From: Protoeuglena noctilucae
Taxonomy: Eukaryota
Reading direction: 5' to 3'
NCBI GenBank assembly: GCA_958009085.1
Contig: OY253689.1
Span: 372,001 to 436,000 of the forward strand
DNA: 64,000 nucleotides
Below the pieces are notes generated by a model, which had not been told where the DNA came from, made no database searches, and worked only from the letters and a program-made list of their open reading frames with translations. This document shows, in pieces, positions 1 through 13,064 of this stretch. The translations under genes and the position numbers were made by a program. Each line of letters opens with the position of its first letter. Positions within the stretch are counted from its first letter, which is position 1.

Positions 1-1996
1 AGGGAGATATACACAGAGATAAGCGGAACGAGATACATGGAGCAAAGACGGAGCCCCACACCACGGCGTCCTGCGAAGGGTCAGCACGGAGAGAGGTGGA
101 GAGATGCAACGAGTGGTCAGGGTGTGTGGCGGGGGTGCCACGGATGCACGAATGGGTGCGTGTCAGCAGAGGAACTCGCTTGTAAGAAGAGCGAAGTGCA
201 GGGTGCCCGGTGCATGGTGTATGCGTTCGCTATGCTAACACTATGCTACCCCTCGCCCCAACACCACCCACCAAACCACCCCCCCCAACACACCCCCCTC
301 ACCTCCACCCACGCTCGCCGGTCGCCCGCCCCTGTCGCCCCCCCCCGCACTCTCCCCGCCCCCGTTAGTCTTGCCAGAAACCCACCGTTGAAGGCGTTGC
401 CGCATCCCGTCACGTCCCTCACCACCGTGCGAGGGTAGGCGGGGACATGGATGGGGCGTGGCAGGCCGTGCCATGACGCTGTGGATGTAGAGAGGGGTGA
501 GAACTGAGTGAAGAAGAGTGAGAGAGCAGGCGGGTTGGGGTGGGGTGAGAGAGTGGTGAGAATGCAGGCGTAGGACGTGGATGGGGCGTGGCAGGCCGTG
601 CCATGACGCTGTGGATGTAGAGAGGGGTGAGTGTGGGAAGAGTGAGACAGCAGGCGGGCAGGAAGGGGTGAGAGGGCAAGTGATACTGAGATGGGAGGGA
701 GTACTGAGAAGGACGGCAATCACAATGAGCTGACCCACCCCCACATGCAGCCCCCACGCAATGCAATGCCCGTCACCTGCTGCCCCGTCCGCCCCCCTCC
801 TGAGCACCACGACGGGCCCCCCCCTGCCCCCCAGCTCCACCAGCTGCCCCACCACGTCACGCCACGACACGTCGGTGCCTCCCTCCAGCACTGTCCTTGC
901 TTCGTACTCGTTGGGCGAGAAGACATCGCAGGTGCTTAAGAGGGCGCGGAGGGCGTCGGGGGATGCCTGGGGGGGTCAGGGGGTGAGTGGAGATGGGGCG
1001 GGGGATGCGTATGTTACGCATGGTATCTGTGTGTGTGTTAAGCATGTCAGCTTGATAATTGTTTGACTGGGAACCACCCTCACCAGCCATGCCAGCCTTG
1101 CCAGCTCTCATATGCCCCGTCACTGTCACTACTCTCTCACCGGCTTCTCCGCGCTGGTGTAGGTTTCAATCGACAACGTCGCCCCCGACGCCCGCGTCAT
1201 CTCCCGCAACTCCCGCAGGGCCTCGAGCGGAGGGCTGGTCGGGTGCACGCCCACGTGCACGCACTTGGCCCCGCGCAGCGACGCCGGCAGCGACGCGGGC
1301 GCCGGCAGCAGCATCCGCAGCAGGTCGGGAGTCGGGTCCGTGCGCCACACCTGCGTGCGCTTGCCGTCGCTCTCGAACACCTGCGGCGGCGAGAAGGTAG
1401 ATAATAATCATTGGCGTCGCAGGGAGGCGCAGCGACGCGCCGGGAGGTGCCGGGCGCGGGTGCAGTGCGTGGCAAGATGGAGCGAGATGGCGCATCGATC
1501 GCAGCGGACCTGCCAGGCGCGGGGTGTGCGCGCGGAAGGATTCTTCTGCAGACCGATGAGGGAGCAGCCCAGGGAACGCAGCGCGGCCTCGCAGTCGCGC
1601 GGGAGGTCGTCCCCAACGCCCGCGACTAGCTCCGCCGTGGCGTCACCGCCCGCGGCCACTTGAAACCCGTACTGCGGGGGACGGACTAGTGCACGTCGAC
1701 GCGTCGCGTCGTCGGACCGGCCAGCGGAAGCGAGCGGTCCCGGCGCAGGGAGGGCGACTCACGATGACTTGCGGCCCGCCCCCGCCGAGCATCCCCATCG
1801 CCGTGACGCCGTCCGGCAGCACGATGTCGTCGATAATGAGTGTGAACGTCAGGAGATCGGGTCCGGTGGATGCTGCCGCACGTGATGTGAAGAGCTGGCC
1901 TTTCCGGCCTGTGGGATGCAGGCCCGATGGCCACCCGAACTCGGCACCCCGGGGCGCGAGGGAGCGCAGATGGCGCGCCAAAGAGATGACGCGCAT
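1..1996 (-). CDS. PfkB/ribokinase-family carbohydrate kinase, multi-exon, 3' end runs off the window
   Basis: Spliced exons give LIIDDIVLPDG..MLGGGGPQ, VAGVGDD, TPRAWQ|VFESDGKRTQVW, FSPNEYEA, VVVLRRGADG and the PfkB C-terminal signature DVTGCGNAFNGGF. ATG at 1996 is presumed. Confidence 0.85.
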
Positions 1997-2076
1997 GTCA
2001 CAACGATAGGTCGCCTGATGCAAGCTGCACCCGCGTTCCCCGGGGCACCGCAAAGGCATCCCTGCCCTACGTGAAG

Positions 2077-2081
2077 TTACA
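2077..2081 (-). promoter_or_regulatory. Putative TGTAA polyadenylation signal of the PP2C gene
   Basis: TTACA on + reads TGTAA on -, about 380 nt after the PP2C stop. TGTAA is the typical chlorophyte poly(A) signal. Confidence 0.4.
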
Positions 2082-2460
2082 CCGTCTACGTAATCATGTA
2101 CAGCTCAGCGGCCCTTCCATGATCAAATATTTGCCACATGCAACTGCGTCATTGCCTCGCATGCGGCCAGAGCTCAACGATCGAGCTGGCCAAAGCTGCC
2201 CAGTTCTGACACACACTTCAGCACGCTGCCCCGAGAAAAGTAGGTCTCCTGGTCCGTCTGTAGCGGAAGTAGATCCGACGCAGAAATGCAGGACTAGATA
2301 CAAGCCAGGCCAGGCGGCCCTATCGAGCGCAGGCAAAGCGCTGCGCATTTGTGGCCCGGCATCGACCGAGAGTCGAACGCGCGCGGCGCAAGGAGCCTTC
2401 GGAAGCGAAAACCATCGCAACACACAAGTTCCGGCGCCCCGCCCGCGCCCCGGCCCCGCC

Positions 2461-4975
2461 TCAGTTGATCTTCTTGAGCTGCACGACCATCGCAGTCATG
2501 TTGTCGCATCTGTGTGCGGGGAAGATGTAGTAGCGAAGGTGAGGAATGGGGACGATACTGAAGTAGGCAAGGAATGAATTGACAGCAGGTGAGCGGGAAG
2601 AGGCGATACCGAAGCAGGCGAGGGTTGCGATGACAGCTGAGCAGGTGAGAGATGATGCCACGCATTTAACATCCCTCTCTGTCTCTCTCTCTCACCCCTT
2701 GCCGGTCCCCTTGGTGTCGGGCGCCAGGCAGTGGTCGCAGAGTTCCTCGCAAATGACCCGTGGCGCCTTGCCCACCCGCAGCCGCTCTCGCACAAAGTCA
2801 ACGGCCTGCTGGTTCTCCAAGACGTCCCAGATGCCGTCGCAGGCGAGGATGATGAACTCGTCGCCCGGCTGCAGGGGCTGCCGCATGATCTGCGGGGGAG
2901 GGGATGGAGGCAGGCGGGGTCGTTAGCTGTGACTGGATGCGGACGCTGTCACACGCACCCCTGCTGACAAGTCGAGAAGAACGTCGGGATCGAAACGCAA
3001 CGCTGAGAGGTTGGTAACCCCACAACACCACCACCCTGCCAACACCCGCACCACCCCACCACACCCCCACTCATGCCCGCGTGCCCCGCCTCTCACCTCC
3101 GGGAACGCCGTGACCATCTGCTCCTCGGGCGGTAACTCCCCCGACTGCTTGTACTCGAGGTCCCCCAGGGCGCGCGAGAGGTTGAGGGACCCGTTCACGC
3201 GCCCGTCCACCACCATGCCACCCGCCTTGGTGATGCGCGCCAGCTCCACCTCGTCATTCGGCTTGTGGTCGTGGCTCATCGCCACCGCCACGCCGTTGCG
3301 GCACAGCACGGCGCGGCTGTCCCCCGCGTTCGCCACGTACAGCACGCCCTTGTGCACCAGCGCGCACACCGCCGTGCACCCCGCGGACGTCGCATCGCCC
3401 GAGGCGTCGTCCTGGGTGGGAGAGGGGTGATGTGCGGTGAAGTTAAAGCTCATGGGAGCGGTGAATGTGGTGGGGACAGTGAGCGGGGCTGACACCAGGT
3501 GCGTGACGGGTGCGAAGTGGTGGTCGGTAGGACAGAGCAGCACAGCCACTGCCATCCCTGCCCAGACCCTCTATTCTCTTTCGTTCCTAACACCCAACAC
3601 CCCACCCCGAAACACAGCACCACCCCACCCTTCCCCGCCCCTCACCTCCATGGCGGCGTCGGCGTCGTCGTCCCCCGCGCGCCCCAGCGCCGCCGGGTCC
3701 ATGCTGAGCGTGATATCGCGCTCTCCGTCCTCCTCCCCCATCTGCGCCGCCAGCTGCTCCCGCACCATGCGGATGATCTGCTGGTTCATCGACACCCCTC
3801 CCGAGTCCTCGTCGTCGCTTGCCTTCAGGTCCGCCAACTCCCTGCGGTGCTCCTCCTGACGCATCAGGTCGTCCAGCCGCACGTAGCACCTCTGCGCACG
3901 CGTGAGTGACACAAAGAGGCACCGTTCAGCATCAGTGCAGCAGTCCATGTGACTACATGCAGCCGCGCGTCACACCGTCACCGACCGATGCGCAATGTCG
4001 CGATCACCAAGCGGCATAGAGAGCACCATGGCACTGCGCAGATCATCGATGGTAGGTCCTAACACGCAATGCGTCGGCGCTCGCCTCCAGTGCCCGCTCC
4101 ATCTGGCCCTGCTTGTACTCCTCCAGCTGCGTCAGCGTCTCTTTGATGTGCTTGGCGACGAACTGCGCGACCTCGCGGCCGCCGTGGCCGTCGAAAACGC
4201 CAAAGAGACCGCTGCCGGGGCCGTCCAGCGACACCTGCGGGGCCGCGGGGCGCAAGGAGGTGGCAAGAAGCCACAGGCAGGCGCGGGGCGTCCGCGGCGG
4301 GGCGCGCGGGGCCGGCTCGCCTCAGAGAGGTGCGCGTCCTCCATGGTGTTCCTCCAGCCTGCGAGCGCGGGGGTGCAATGGCTGGGCGCGCCGGCGTGGC
4401 GATTCAAGCGGGCACGGTTGTCATCGAGCGCCCTTGCCGGCCACGGAGCGCGTGAAACACGGCGAGTTCATCGCCAGGTACCGCTGGCAAAGCATGGGGG
4501 CAGCGGGCAGCAAGAGGCCCTCCTGGGAAGCGCGGGCCGAAAGGACCGATGCCTCGCGACCTGGCACGCCTGCCCCCGCTGGGTTGGCGGGAAGGGCGGT
4601 CGGAGAGGCCGATGAAGCGCCAGATCCCGGTATCTAGAAGCGTCTGAGACGCAATGATCGCCTCAGAGGACGCGGGCCGAGAGGGGGGCGGCCCAGGTCC
4701 CTCGCGGCACTTGGCGACCCCCCGGGCGCTAACGCCCCGCGAGGGGGAGCACCACAGCGATCGAGACGCAAGTCGAGCTCGCAAATGAAGTTGATCACGT
4801 CGATAGCAGCGCTCCCGGCTCCACGGCGAATTCGAAAATTCGGAAAAGTTTTCGAGCCCCGCGTGACGAGGCCTTGCCGCTCACCCTGCATCGCGCTGTA
4901 CCCGCAGACGAAGTAAGGCGACTCATGCTGCCCTGACTCCTTCTCCGTCTTGGGGGAGCTCAGGTACGCGCCCAT
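2461..4975 (-). CDS. Protein phosphatase 2C (PPM1G-like, MGAYLS N-terminus), 7 exons
   Basis: [94 protein letters not shown]. Two GC donors (4320, 4084). Confidence 0.95.
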
Positions 4976-5266
4976 GGCGCCCTGCGATCTCAGATCAGCG
5001 TCCCAACCGCGGCGTGGATCTGCCCAGCGACGCAGTCTGGGCGTGCGATTCCAGGAAAGGCGGAGCAGCGGCACGCCATGAGATTTATCAGCTCACTGGC
5101 GGGCGCTTGACACGGCCATGTGATTGTGTTTCGGCGGGCGACGCCGACACCGACAGAGGTACTGGTTCGTTGGTCGTGACCGAGTGGCTCCGTCTCGGAC
5201 GCGGCCACGGGCGCAGAGACGCCGCCGGGCGAGGCGGCAAGGCGAGGGGCCGAGGACGGGACGAAA

Positions 5267-7905
5267 TGGCGCTCCCGTTCAGCTTGACGGACGCCGTGGA
5301 CAACATCATCGATGGCGTTACCAACTTCTGGTCCTGGAACCTCAAGCGAGTTGGCGCGCGCGCCGCAAGGGCGGCGAATCCAGGGTCCACCCTCGCGTCT
5401 GCGCCCACCTCCGAGCCAGCCCGACCCGCAGGTCCTGCGCTTCCGCTCTTGGAGAGGATGAACGCACGCTCCGTGCCTACCTCGTCGCCGAGAAGGCCCT
5501 GCGTTGGAGGTTAGACTCCCTGCTCGCTGCGCACCTTGCGCCGCCTTGCCCGGCCTCCCCCGGTCAAATCTGACTCGCCTAGATCGCTACCACGTCCGCA
5601 GAGGTGTCGCGGTGCCCCAGGCCATCCTCGCGCACATCCACGGAGACCACCGCGGCCAAAAGCACGACACAAAGGAACGGTCCGACGGCAACGAGGCTCC
5701 CGAGCCCCGCGACGAGGATTTCGTCGGCCTCGGACCCAGGTAATGATGATATGGAGTTACATGTGTCGTTGGCCTAGCTGCGCCGCCCTATCGCGGCTCC
5801 GGCGCGCCGTCCTCGCTCAAGTCTCCGAACTTCACACGCAAGCTCTCGCTTCCACGCGCGCCTCTGTACGCGTTCCTACGCGCGCGACCCGCTCCTTCGC
5901 CGCAGGGAGGTGGCGCTGTACGCGTGCCTGACCGCGGCGGCCATCGCACCGCAGTTCACCTCCTTCAGCCGCAACCCCTTTGCGCGTCCGGGGGCCGCCC
6001 GCACCAAGCCGCGCCCCGGCTCGGGCTCCGGCCCCTCCTCCCGCAGCAGCGGTGGGTACGCCCCGCACCTTGCGTCGGACGGGAGCGCGCACGGAGACCT
6101 TCTGGAGCCGTCCCGCAGCGCCGTGACGGACTACCTCCGCCCGACGTTTTCTGGCATCGTGTCTGGCGTTTCTGGCACCCCCGGCGCCGGTCAGGACGCG
6201 TGGAACGCCCTGGCGGTCGCGGATGTGCTGCGGCGCGCCGCGGTGCTGACAAACCCCGACGCCGTGACAGCGGCTGAGGTGGGGGTGTGGATGGGGTGTG
6301 AGTGTTGGGGGCATGGGTGGGGGCTTGCATTTTGACACTCTGTCCATAAATCTTTGACTCTCTGCGTCTAATGATTTTCACTCTGCATCCCTCCCTCTCT
6401 CCCCCCCAGTTGGATGAGGAGGGCGCGGGTCACGTGCTGTGGCTGGTGGCAGGGAGGGACCCCGCCCTGCTGCCCGATGCCATTCTGGCATGGTGGGGGG
6501 CACTGCATGCCGCCAAGGTGAGGATGGTGGGGTGCAGTGGTGCAGATGCCTCACCACCGCCTCACTCACTCTCCCTCGCTCCGCACACCCACCCACGCCA
6601 CGCTCATCCTTCCCGTCACAATCCCCCCTCCTTCTCCTTCCAGGGCTGTCCCGGCTACCACCTCTCCCTCGCAGCCATCCTCGCCGCCTGCTGCCGACAC
6701 ACGGGGTGGGGCGCCGAGGACCTGGCCAGACGCACACTGCCCACGCTGCTGTCACGGTGGGAGGGCGATAACAGCGATGAGGAGAGGGGTGATAGAACGA
6801 CGAGTGGTGATAGAAGGAGAAGTGGTGATACAAGGAATGGCCACGGCGGTGGGAAGAAGGGCGGTGGTGGAGGTGGCAATGGGGGTGGTGGGGGTGGCAG
6901 TGGCGGTGGTGGTAACAGTGGTAACAGTGGCAGTAACAATAACAGTGGCGGCCGCAACACGGACGCCGCGCTCGTGGCGTCGCTGTGGGACGCCTGCGGG
7001 TGGACGGAGTCGGAATCGGAAGTCGCGGCCCGGCGCTGCATATCGCATCTCACCAGCCGCGCCAAGCGGGACTTGTCTCGCACCTCCGCCTCCGCCTCCA
7101 CCCTCCCACCCCCGCTGTCACTCCACCCCACCACCTCCCTGCCCGCCACCGGCTGCCCCTCGCCCTCGCCGCCTTTCCTCGACTCCCCCAAGCCCCGCGG
7201 CAGCGCGGGGGGCGCTACCAGCCGCCACAGCTCCTGGAGCGTTAGCGAGGGTGCCATTCCTTTGGGACGCAACAGCTCCCACCTCGCGATCTCTGAATGC
7301 CCAGAGGCCCTCGTTGTTGTGGCGGCGTTTGCGGAGGTGTGGCGGCGCAGGGTGCCTGGGTCGTGGCAAGTAATGACGTGGGACGTGTGCGGGGAAGATC
7401 TATTGGCGGTGCCGGTGAGGGCGTGTGTGGGGTGCTTGCGTGACATGTGGGGTCGTGTGCGGGTGAGCATGTGCCGTGAGGCGACTGTGGCTGTGGCTTG
7501 GGAGCGTGTTGCAAGTTTCCAATGTCACTCTTACTCTCACCCTCACTGCCACCCTCACTGCCACCCAAACCCCTCACCTCCCCACCCCCACAGGACCTCC
7601 CCCTGCCCAAGAGCACCCACGCATCTTTGATCAAGGCCATCACTGAGAACTTAGACCCCACAGCCACGGCAGATGCGCTGCTGGGTGCTGCCACCGTGCG
7701 GGCGCGGAAGGGGGGGGGCGAGGCAACGAGTCCGGGGGCGGGTGAGGCGTGCATGATTGTGCATGAACTATGCATAATTCGTTTTCAAACGAAACTTGCT
7801 TATTTGTTTACTTTCGCACTCACTCACTCACTCACACGCTCACTCAGTCCCTCCCTCTCTCTGCCTCACCTTTCGCACCCACATACCCTCCCCCTCCCAC
7901 ACAGC

Positions 7906-7952
<47 letters not shown>

Positions 7953-9309
7953 ACCCCCTTATCCCCCACCCCAGGCGACGATTTGGGTCAATCTGCCTCA
8001 CTCACTCACCCCTTTCTCACTCACCCCTTTCTCACTCAACCACTCTCACTCTCACTCTCACTCCCACCCCAGGCGACGACATGGGCCGATGCGCCTCGGC
8101 GCTGGCAAGTGCCTTCCGCTCCCTCTACCGCATCCCAGGCATTGATGGCGACTGGTGGGCGCGGCTGCTGCTGAGCATGGGGAGGGGGGACTGCCAGGTG
8201 AGGGGCAGTGGAGGGGCAGGGTGGGGTGGCATGGAGTGGAGTGTGTGTTCGTTACCTCTCACACCCCCACTCTCCCCACCCACACTCCCCACCTTTCACC
8301 AACCCCACTCACCCCATCTCCCCCCCATCCCCCCCCAACTCACCCCACCCCTCCCCAACTCACCCCACCTCCCCCCCCCCACTCACCCCACTCCCCATCC
8401 CACCCACCCCCAGGCATCCAAGCGCCTCTTAATGGCCTGGTCCGAGAGCATCGCCCCCCTCACCACCCCAGACGCCCTCGCACGCGCAATACAGTCCTTT
8501 CAAACCCTCACTGACAACGCCCTAGGCCCTTCTTTGCCCGCCAACGTGCTTATCCGATTGGAGCTATGTGGGGCGGGAGATGAGGCGCTGTCTGGCGAAG
8601 TGCTGGTGGCGATGGTGGCGGGGGCGGCGGAGGGGGGCGGGGTGGCGGGGGTGGCAGAGAGGGTGGTGGGGGCGGTAGAGGGGTGCGGGTCCGTGGAAAT
8701 GCAAAGCGCCACTTCACCCAGCGTCACTCCGCACGGCCAGGGCCGATCTGAGATGCGAGGGGACAGTGGGGCGATGCGGAGTGACGCTGTGGGTGCGTTG
8801 TGGTCGTATCTGCGGATCAAGGCGGGGCTGGTGGAGGATGCGGTGGACCTGGCGGCGGCAATCATGGCGGACGTGGTGATCACGTGAGTAGTTGGATGAG
8901 GGGTGATACGGGTGGGTGAGGGTGTAGTGAACGGTGAGTGGCGGACGTGGTGATCACGTGAGTAGTTGGATGAGGGTGAAGGTGTGAATGAGTGGATAAG
9001 AGTGTAATCAAGTACGAATGGCAGATGTGGTGGTGCAGAAGTGCAGCATGGGGTCCACATTGCACATCACACGCCGCACATCGCACATTGCATCACCCTC
9101 CCCTCCATCTCGATCCAATTGAATCCACCCCCTCTCCCCCACCACCCCCCCCACCCCCCCTCGTAGCCTCGACCCCTCCCCCGATGACATGGAGGAGTTT
9201 CTGGCGATGGGCATCTCCTGCGGTCTGACGGAGGAGTTTGTCGCTGCAGCGGTGAGAAGGGCGGGCTTGGACGGGGGGGATGGGGAGGGAGACTGAAGAG
9301 GTGGCGTGA
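5267..9309 (+). CDS. Multi-exon protein of unknown function
   Basis: Exons join in frame: MALPFSLTDAVDNIIDGVTNFWSWNLK|SCASALG..ALRWR|GVAVPQ..LGPR|EVALYACL..|..IMADVVIT|LDPSPDDMEEFLAMG..EEVA*. No domain recognised. Confidence 0.6.
7905..7952. repeat. (CACCCT)n microsatellite in an intron
   Basis: About 7-8 tandem CACCCT units. Confidence 0.85.
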
Positions 9310-10505
9310 AGCACGTTTGCGGTGCGGGTGAAGCACGTTTGCATTCACACGGCTAAAAGACTCTCTCGCACCATGCTCATACCACCAAAGCCTCGTGACA
9401 TTCGTCTGTCGTGATCCTTTGCAAACCCACGTGTGTTAAGGTTCCCCAACCGTTTCGGGAATCCTCGGCCCTTTCAGCTCTGCCAAACACACCTTGCCAT
9501 CGGCATTGCCTCGTCGTACCATCGTCATCCCCACCACCACACCCGCCCTTCACAAGTGGCACTCGCAAGCAACACAGAGGGGGCATGCCCTGTCTTTCTT
9601 CCCCATCACATCATCCCTCGTGTCTATATCCCTTTTGTCTATATTGCCGCGTTTCCCGACGCATAATCCCCATAGGCCCATCCCTGCCACATCGGCTGGG
9701 AGCTATAGGGCCACAACACGGCGGTGGCAACTACGGCCCCCCTTGCCATGCACCCCCACCCACGCACCCCATGCCTATGCGTGGCTTTGTTTTGACGTCC
9801 TATCAGCCTCAGCCCGGCGTCTCTTGCATCGCCTCCGGACCCCTTTTCGTTCCTCACCGCAATGTGCGTGCCCCTGTTTCTAATTACCCGGACACACATT
9901 CCGCATCCTGTCTGACCCATCCCACGTGGGATGCTGGGAGTTGAACGAACGCGAAACAACTCCACGAGAAAGGCACGCAGAAGACCAGTTGTCAGACGTG
10001 CGTCGCGTGACCCTCACAACCCATCGCTCTCTGTCACCCTCACTCTCACACCCATCTATCTGTCGCACGAGACTGCGCTCGCCGTTCAACGGAGCTACCC
10101 CCCGCCACCCGCGCAGCCATGCAACTCGCGGGTGCAGAGTCGCAGAGTCCCCGCTCGGCAAGGCAACGCACGCAGACCACTCTGCCTGTCGTCATCAAAG
10201 AGTCTCGCCTAGTCGTCAGTCTCCCATCCCCTTCACACCCACACCGGTACCAACCCAACCAACCACCGCCCACCCTCCACACCGCCTAAGCGGCGCTATT
10301 TCCACCCCCGCCCTGGCTCCCAGTCCTCTTTCCACCACCCGCCACCCCACCCCTGCACCCCCCACCACCCCCGCACCCCCTATGCACCCCACACCCATCC
10401 ACCCCCACCGCCCCTCGTCGCGCCGCCCCCCGCACCGCCCCACTGCCCCTAAGCACCGGAACCGGCAATGGGCACCGCTCGCGACGTTGCCAAATCGCTG
10501 CTTGC

Positions 10506-11903
10506 TTAGGACAGCGCCTTCTTGATCTCGTCGTACATGACGAGCACGAGCGCGCCACCGGCGCCGCGGATGACGTTGGACCAGGCGCCCTTGAAGAAGG
10601 CGCGGGGGCCCTCGTTGGCGGCGATCTTGACCCAGGCGTCGACGGTGCCCGTGTACATGCGCTCGCCCTTGGAGCCGGCCTGCATCATGAGCCGCCGGCG
10701 CACCGTGTCGAACGGGTACGACACCACGCCGGCCGCGGCCGTGACGGCCTGCGCGATCATCCACTTGTACACGATGCTCGCGTTCTTCTCGTCCTTGAGC
10801 AGCACGCCCTTGGCCGTGTCGTACATGCCGAAGTACGCCCCGCGGTACACGATGATGCCCTGCACCGACACCCCGAAGCCCTGGTAGAGGGCGCCCACGC
10901 CGCCGTTGCGTGCCACCTTGGTGATGCAGTCCAGCAGGCCGTTGAACTCGCGGCTGCGGGGAGGGAGGGGTGGCAGGGGAGGTGAGGGCGGGGGCAGGGG
11001 GGGTGGCAGGGGTGACAGCGAGGGTGAGAAAGCAGGCAGGGGTAGCAGGAAGGCGAAAGGTATAGGAAAGGGTCGGAAGCAGCGCAATAAGGGTCAGAAG
11101 CGAGCTGGGGGCAGCGTGGCGTGGCGCAGAGAGCTACATGAGCCCTCATCACGCCAACAGCAGGGCGCATGCTAACCCCTCCCCAACCACCACCCCCCGT
11201 GCTTCGCCAGCCATCTCACTTGGAGCCCTTGCCGACGTCCGTGGCGAGGCGGGTCCGCGCGAAGTCGAGGGGGTACACGATGAGGAGGGAGGCGGCACCG
11301 GCGAGGCCGCCCGAGGCGAGGTTGGTGGCGAAGAAGGACCAGAACTCGGTCTGCGGGTTGTAGCGGGGGAAGATGGCCTTGAAGGTGTCCTTGAAGGCAA
11401 AGTTGAAGGCCTGGGTCGGGAAGTAGCGGACCACATTGGCCAGGTTGCCACGCCTGGGGGCGGGGGGAGCGGGGTGTGGGGATGAGTCGGGAGAGCGCGC
11501 GGGGAGGGTGCGCGGGGACGCGCCGGAGGACGCGGAGCGCATCGGGGATCGCGGCGGCGGCGGAGGATCGCAGGGCGCGCGGCGGGGCTCACCAGAAGGA
11601 GGCGACGCCCTGCTCGGCGGCGACACGCGTGAAGCAGTTCACGATGCCCGTGTAGCGGGGGATCTCGCCGGACTTGATGCGGGGATTGGAGTCCTGGGTC
11701 TGGAGGAGCAGCTTGACGCGCTCGATGGGGGCCACGACCGTCTTGGAGATACCACCCGACACGCCACCCGCGGCCAGGTCGACCACGAAGGGCGGGAGGG
11801 CGCCCGCGGCCGGCGCGTCCTTCTTCGGCTTCGTCCCCTCCGCGCCGGACGCCGCCAGGAAGGCGGACCGCGCCTTGAACTCGCTCGCGATGCCGGACAG
11901 CAT
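10506..11903 (-). CDS. Mitochondrial ADP/ATP carrier (SLC25/AAC), 3 coding exons
   Basis: [84 protein letters not shown], ending in TAA. Confidence 0.95.
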
Positions 11904-13064
11904 CCTGCGCAGCACAAGCGCGGGCCGTCGGCGAAGCGGGGGCGGCGACGCGCGAGGAAAGATTGCTAGGGAGGATGTGGGAGCGGGTGCCGCGGCGCGA
12001 CGGCGCGGGCGCGCGGGGGGAGGCCTCGCGGGACTCGGGGCCCGCAGGCGGGGCCTCGGTGGCCGATGGCGGGCCGCCCGAGGCCCCATCGCTCGTTGAA
12101 AGGAACGACGCGCCCGGGACGGGTGCGGAGATCGCGGCGCGACGCGCGCGGGCGGCCCGGCCCCTCGCCTCCAACTCGGCCCCTCCACAGCCGGCGGGAG
12201 CGCGAACGGGGCGCGAGGAAGCCCGTTGAAAGGCCGTGGGACGCGAAAAGCGAGTGCCGAAGCTGGACTCGGGAGCCGCGGGCCGCAGGGGAGCGCACCG
12301 GCGGCCCCTTGCCGAGGGTCGGCAACTCGAGTTGATCCCGGGCGCCGAGGGGGCGGGGGCGGGCGGCCAGATGCGAGACCGCACGCTCCGAACCAAAACA
12401 GCGCGCAGCGCGGGGGCTCGGGGCCCCCTGCGCGCGCCGGCCGCGGGACACGGCGCGCCAAGGGCGGGGCACCGCGAACAATGGAACCGCGCCCCGGGAG
12501 GTCCCGGAAAGACCTCCCAGGCTGCGGGATGTTCCGTTTGAAAACAGGACAGCGCTCCGGGCCGCTGCATCCCGATCCCCGCTCCCGGGAGGGCGGGGCG
12601 AGCGTTGGGCCAGGCATCGCGCGGGCGTCCCCGAGCAGCCGCACCCGCAGCCGTGCGCGCGTCTGGGCAACAAGCAAGGCAGCGGGACTCCCGTGGCGGG
12701 GATCCGGCACCGGGAGACGCGCGGAGGGGAACCGAAACCGTGGGAGTCGCGTGCGAGGCAGCTGCGCGCGTGTCGACGCACCTGTACCCCTCACGTCGTC
12801 GACGCCTCGAAGCAGGAGGGTCTAGGGGCGGGCACGTGCCGCAAGTACGCGGCGGCGTCCCGAAACGCTGTTCTGATTCCTGACTCGCCCGGGATCCAGC
12901 CCCGTGAGGGCCGCAGCGCGCTGCTCCGAGTGCCAGAGGGAGAAAAAAACACGGCCGACCCCCCGGCGCCCAGGGCCTAGCGTGGGTGCTCGAGCTCGCT
13001 GGTGTCGAGCGGACGCATCGCACTTTCGCCCTTGTTGGCCAATTCGGATAAGCGATCGCCAGGG

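Noticed and set aside
7905..7952. Interstitial telomeric repeat
   Set aside because: The unit is CACCCT, not CCCTAA or CCCTAAA, and it fits the general C-rich intron 3' tracts.
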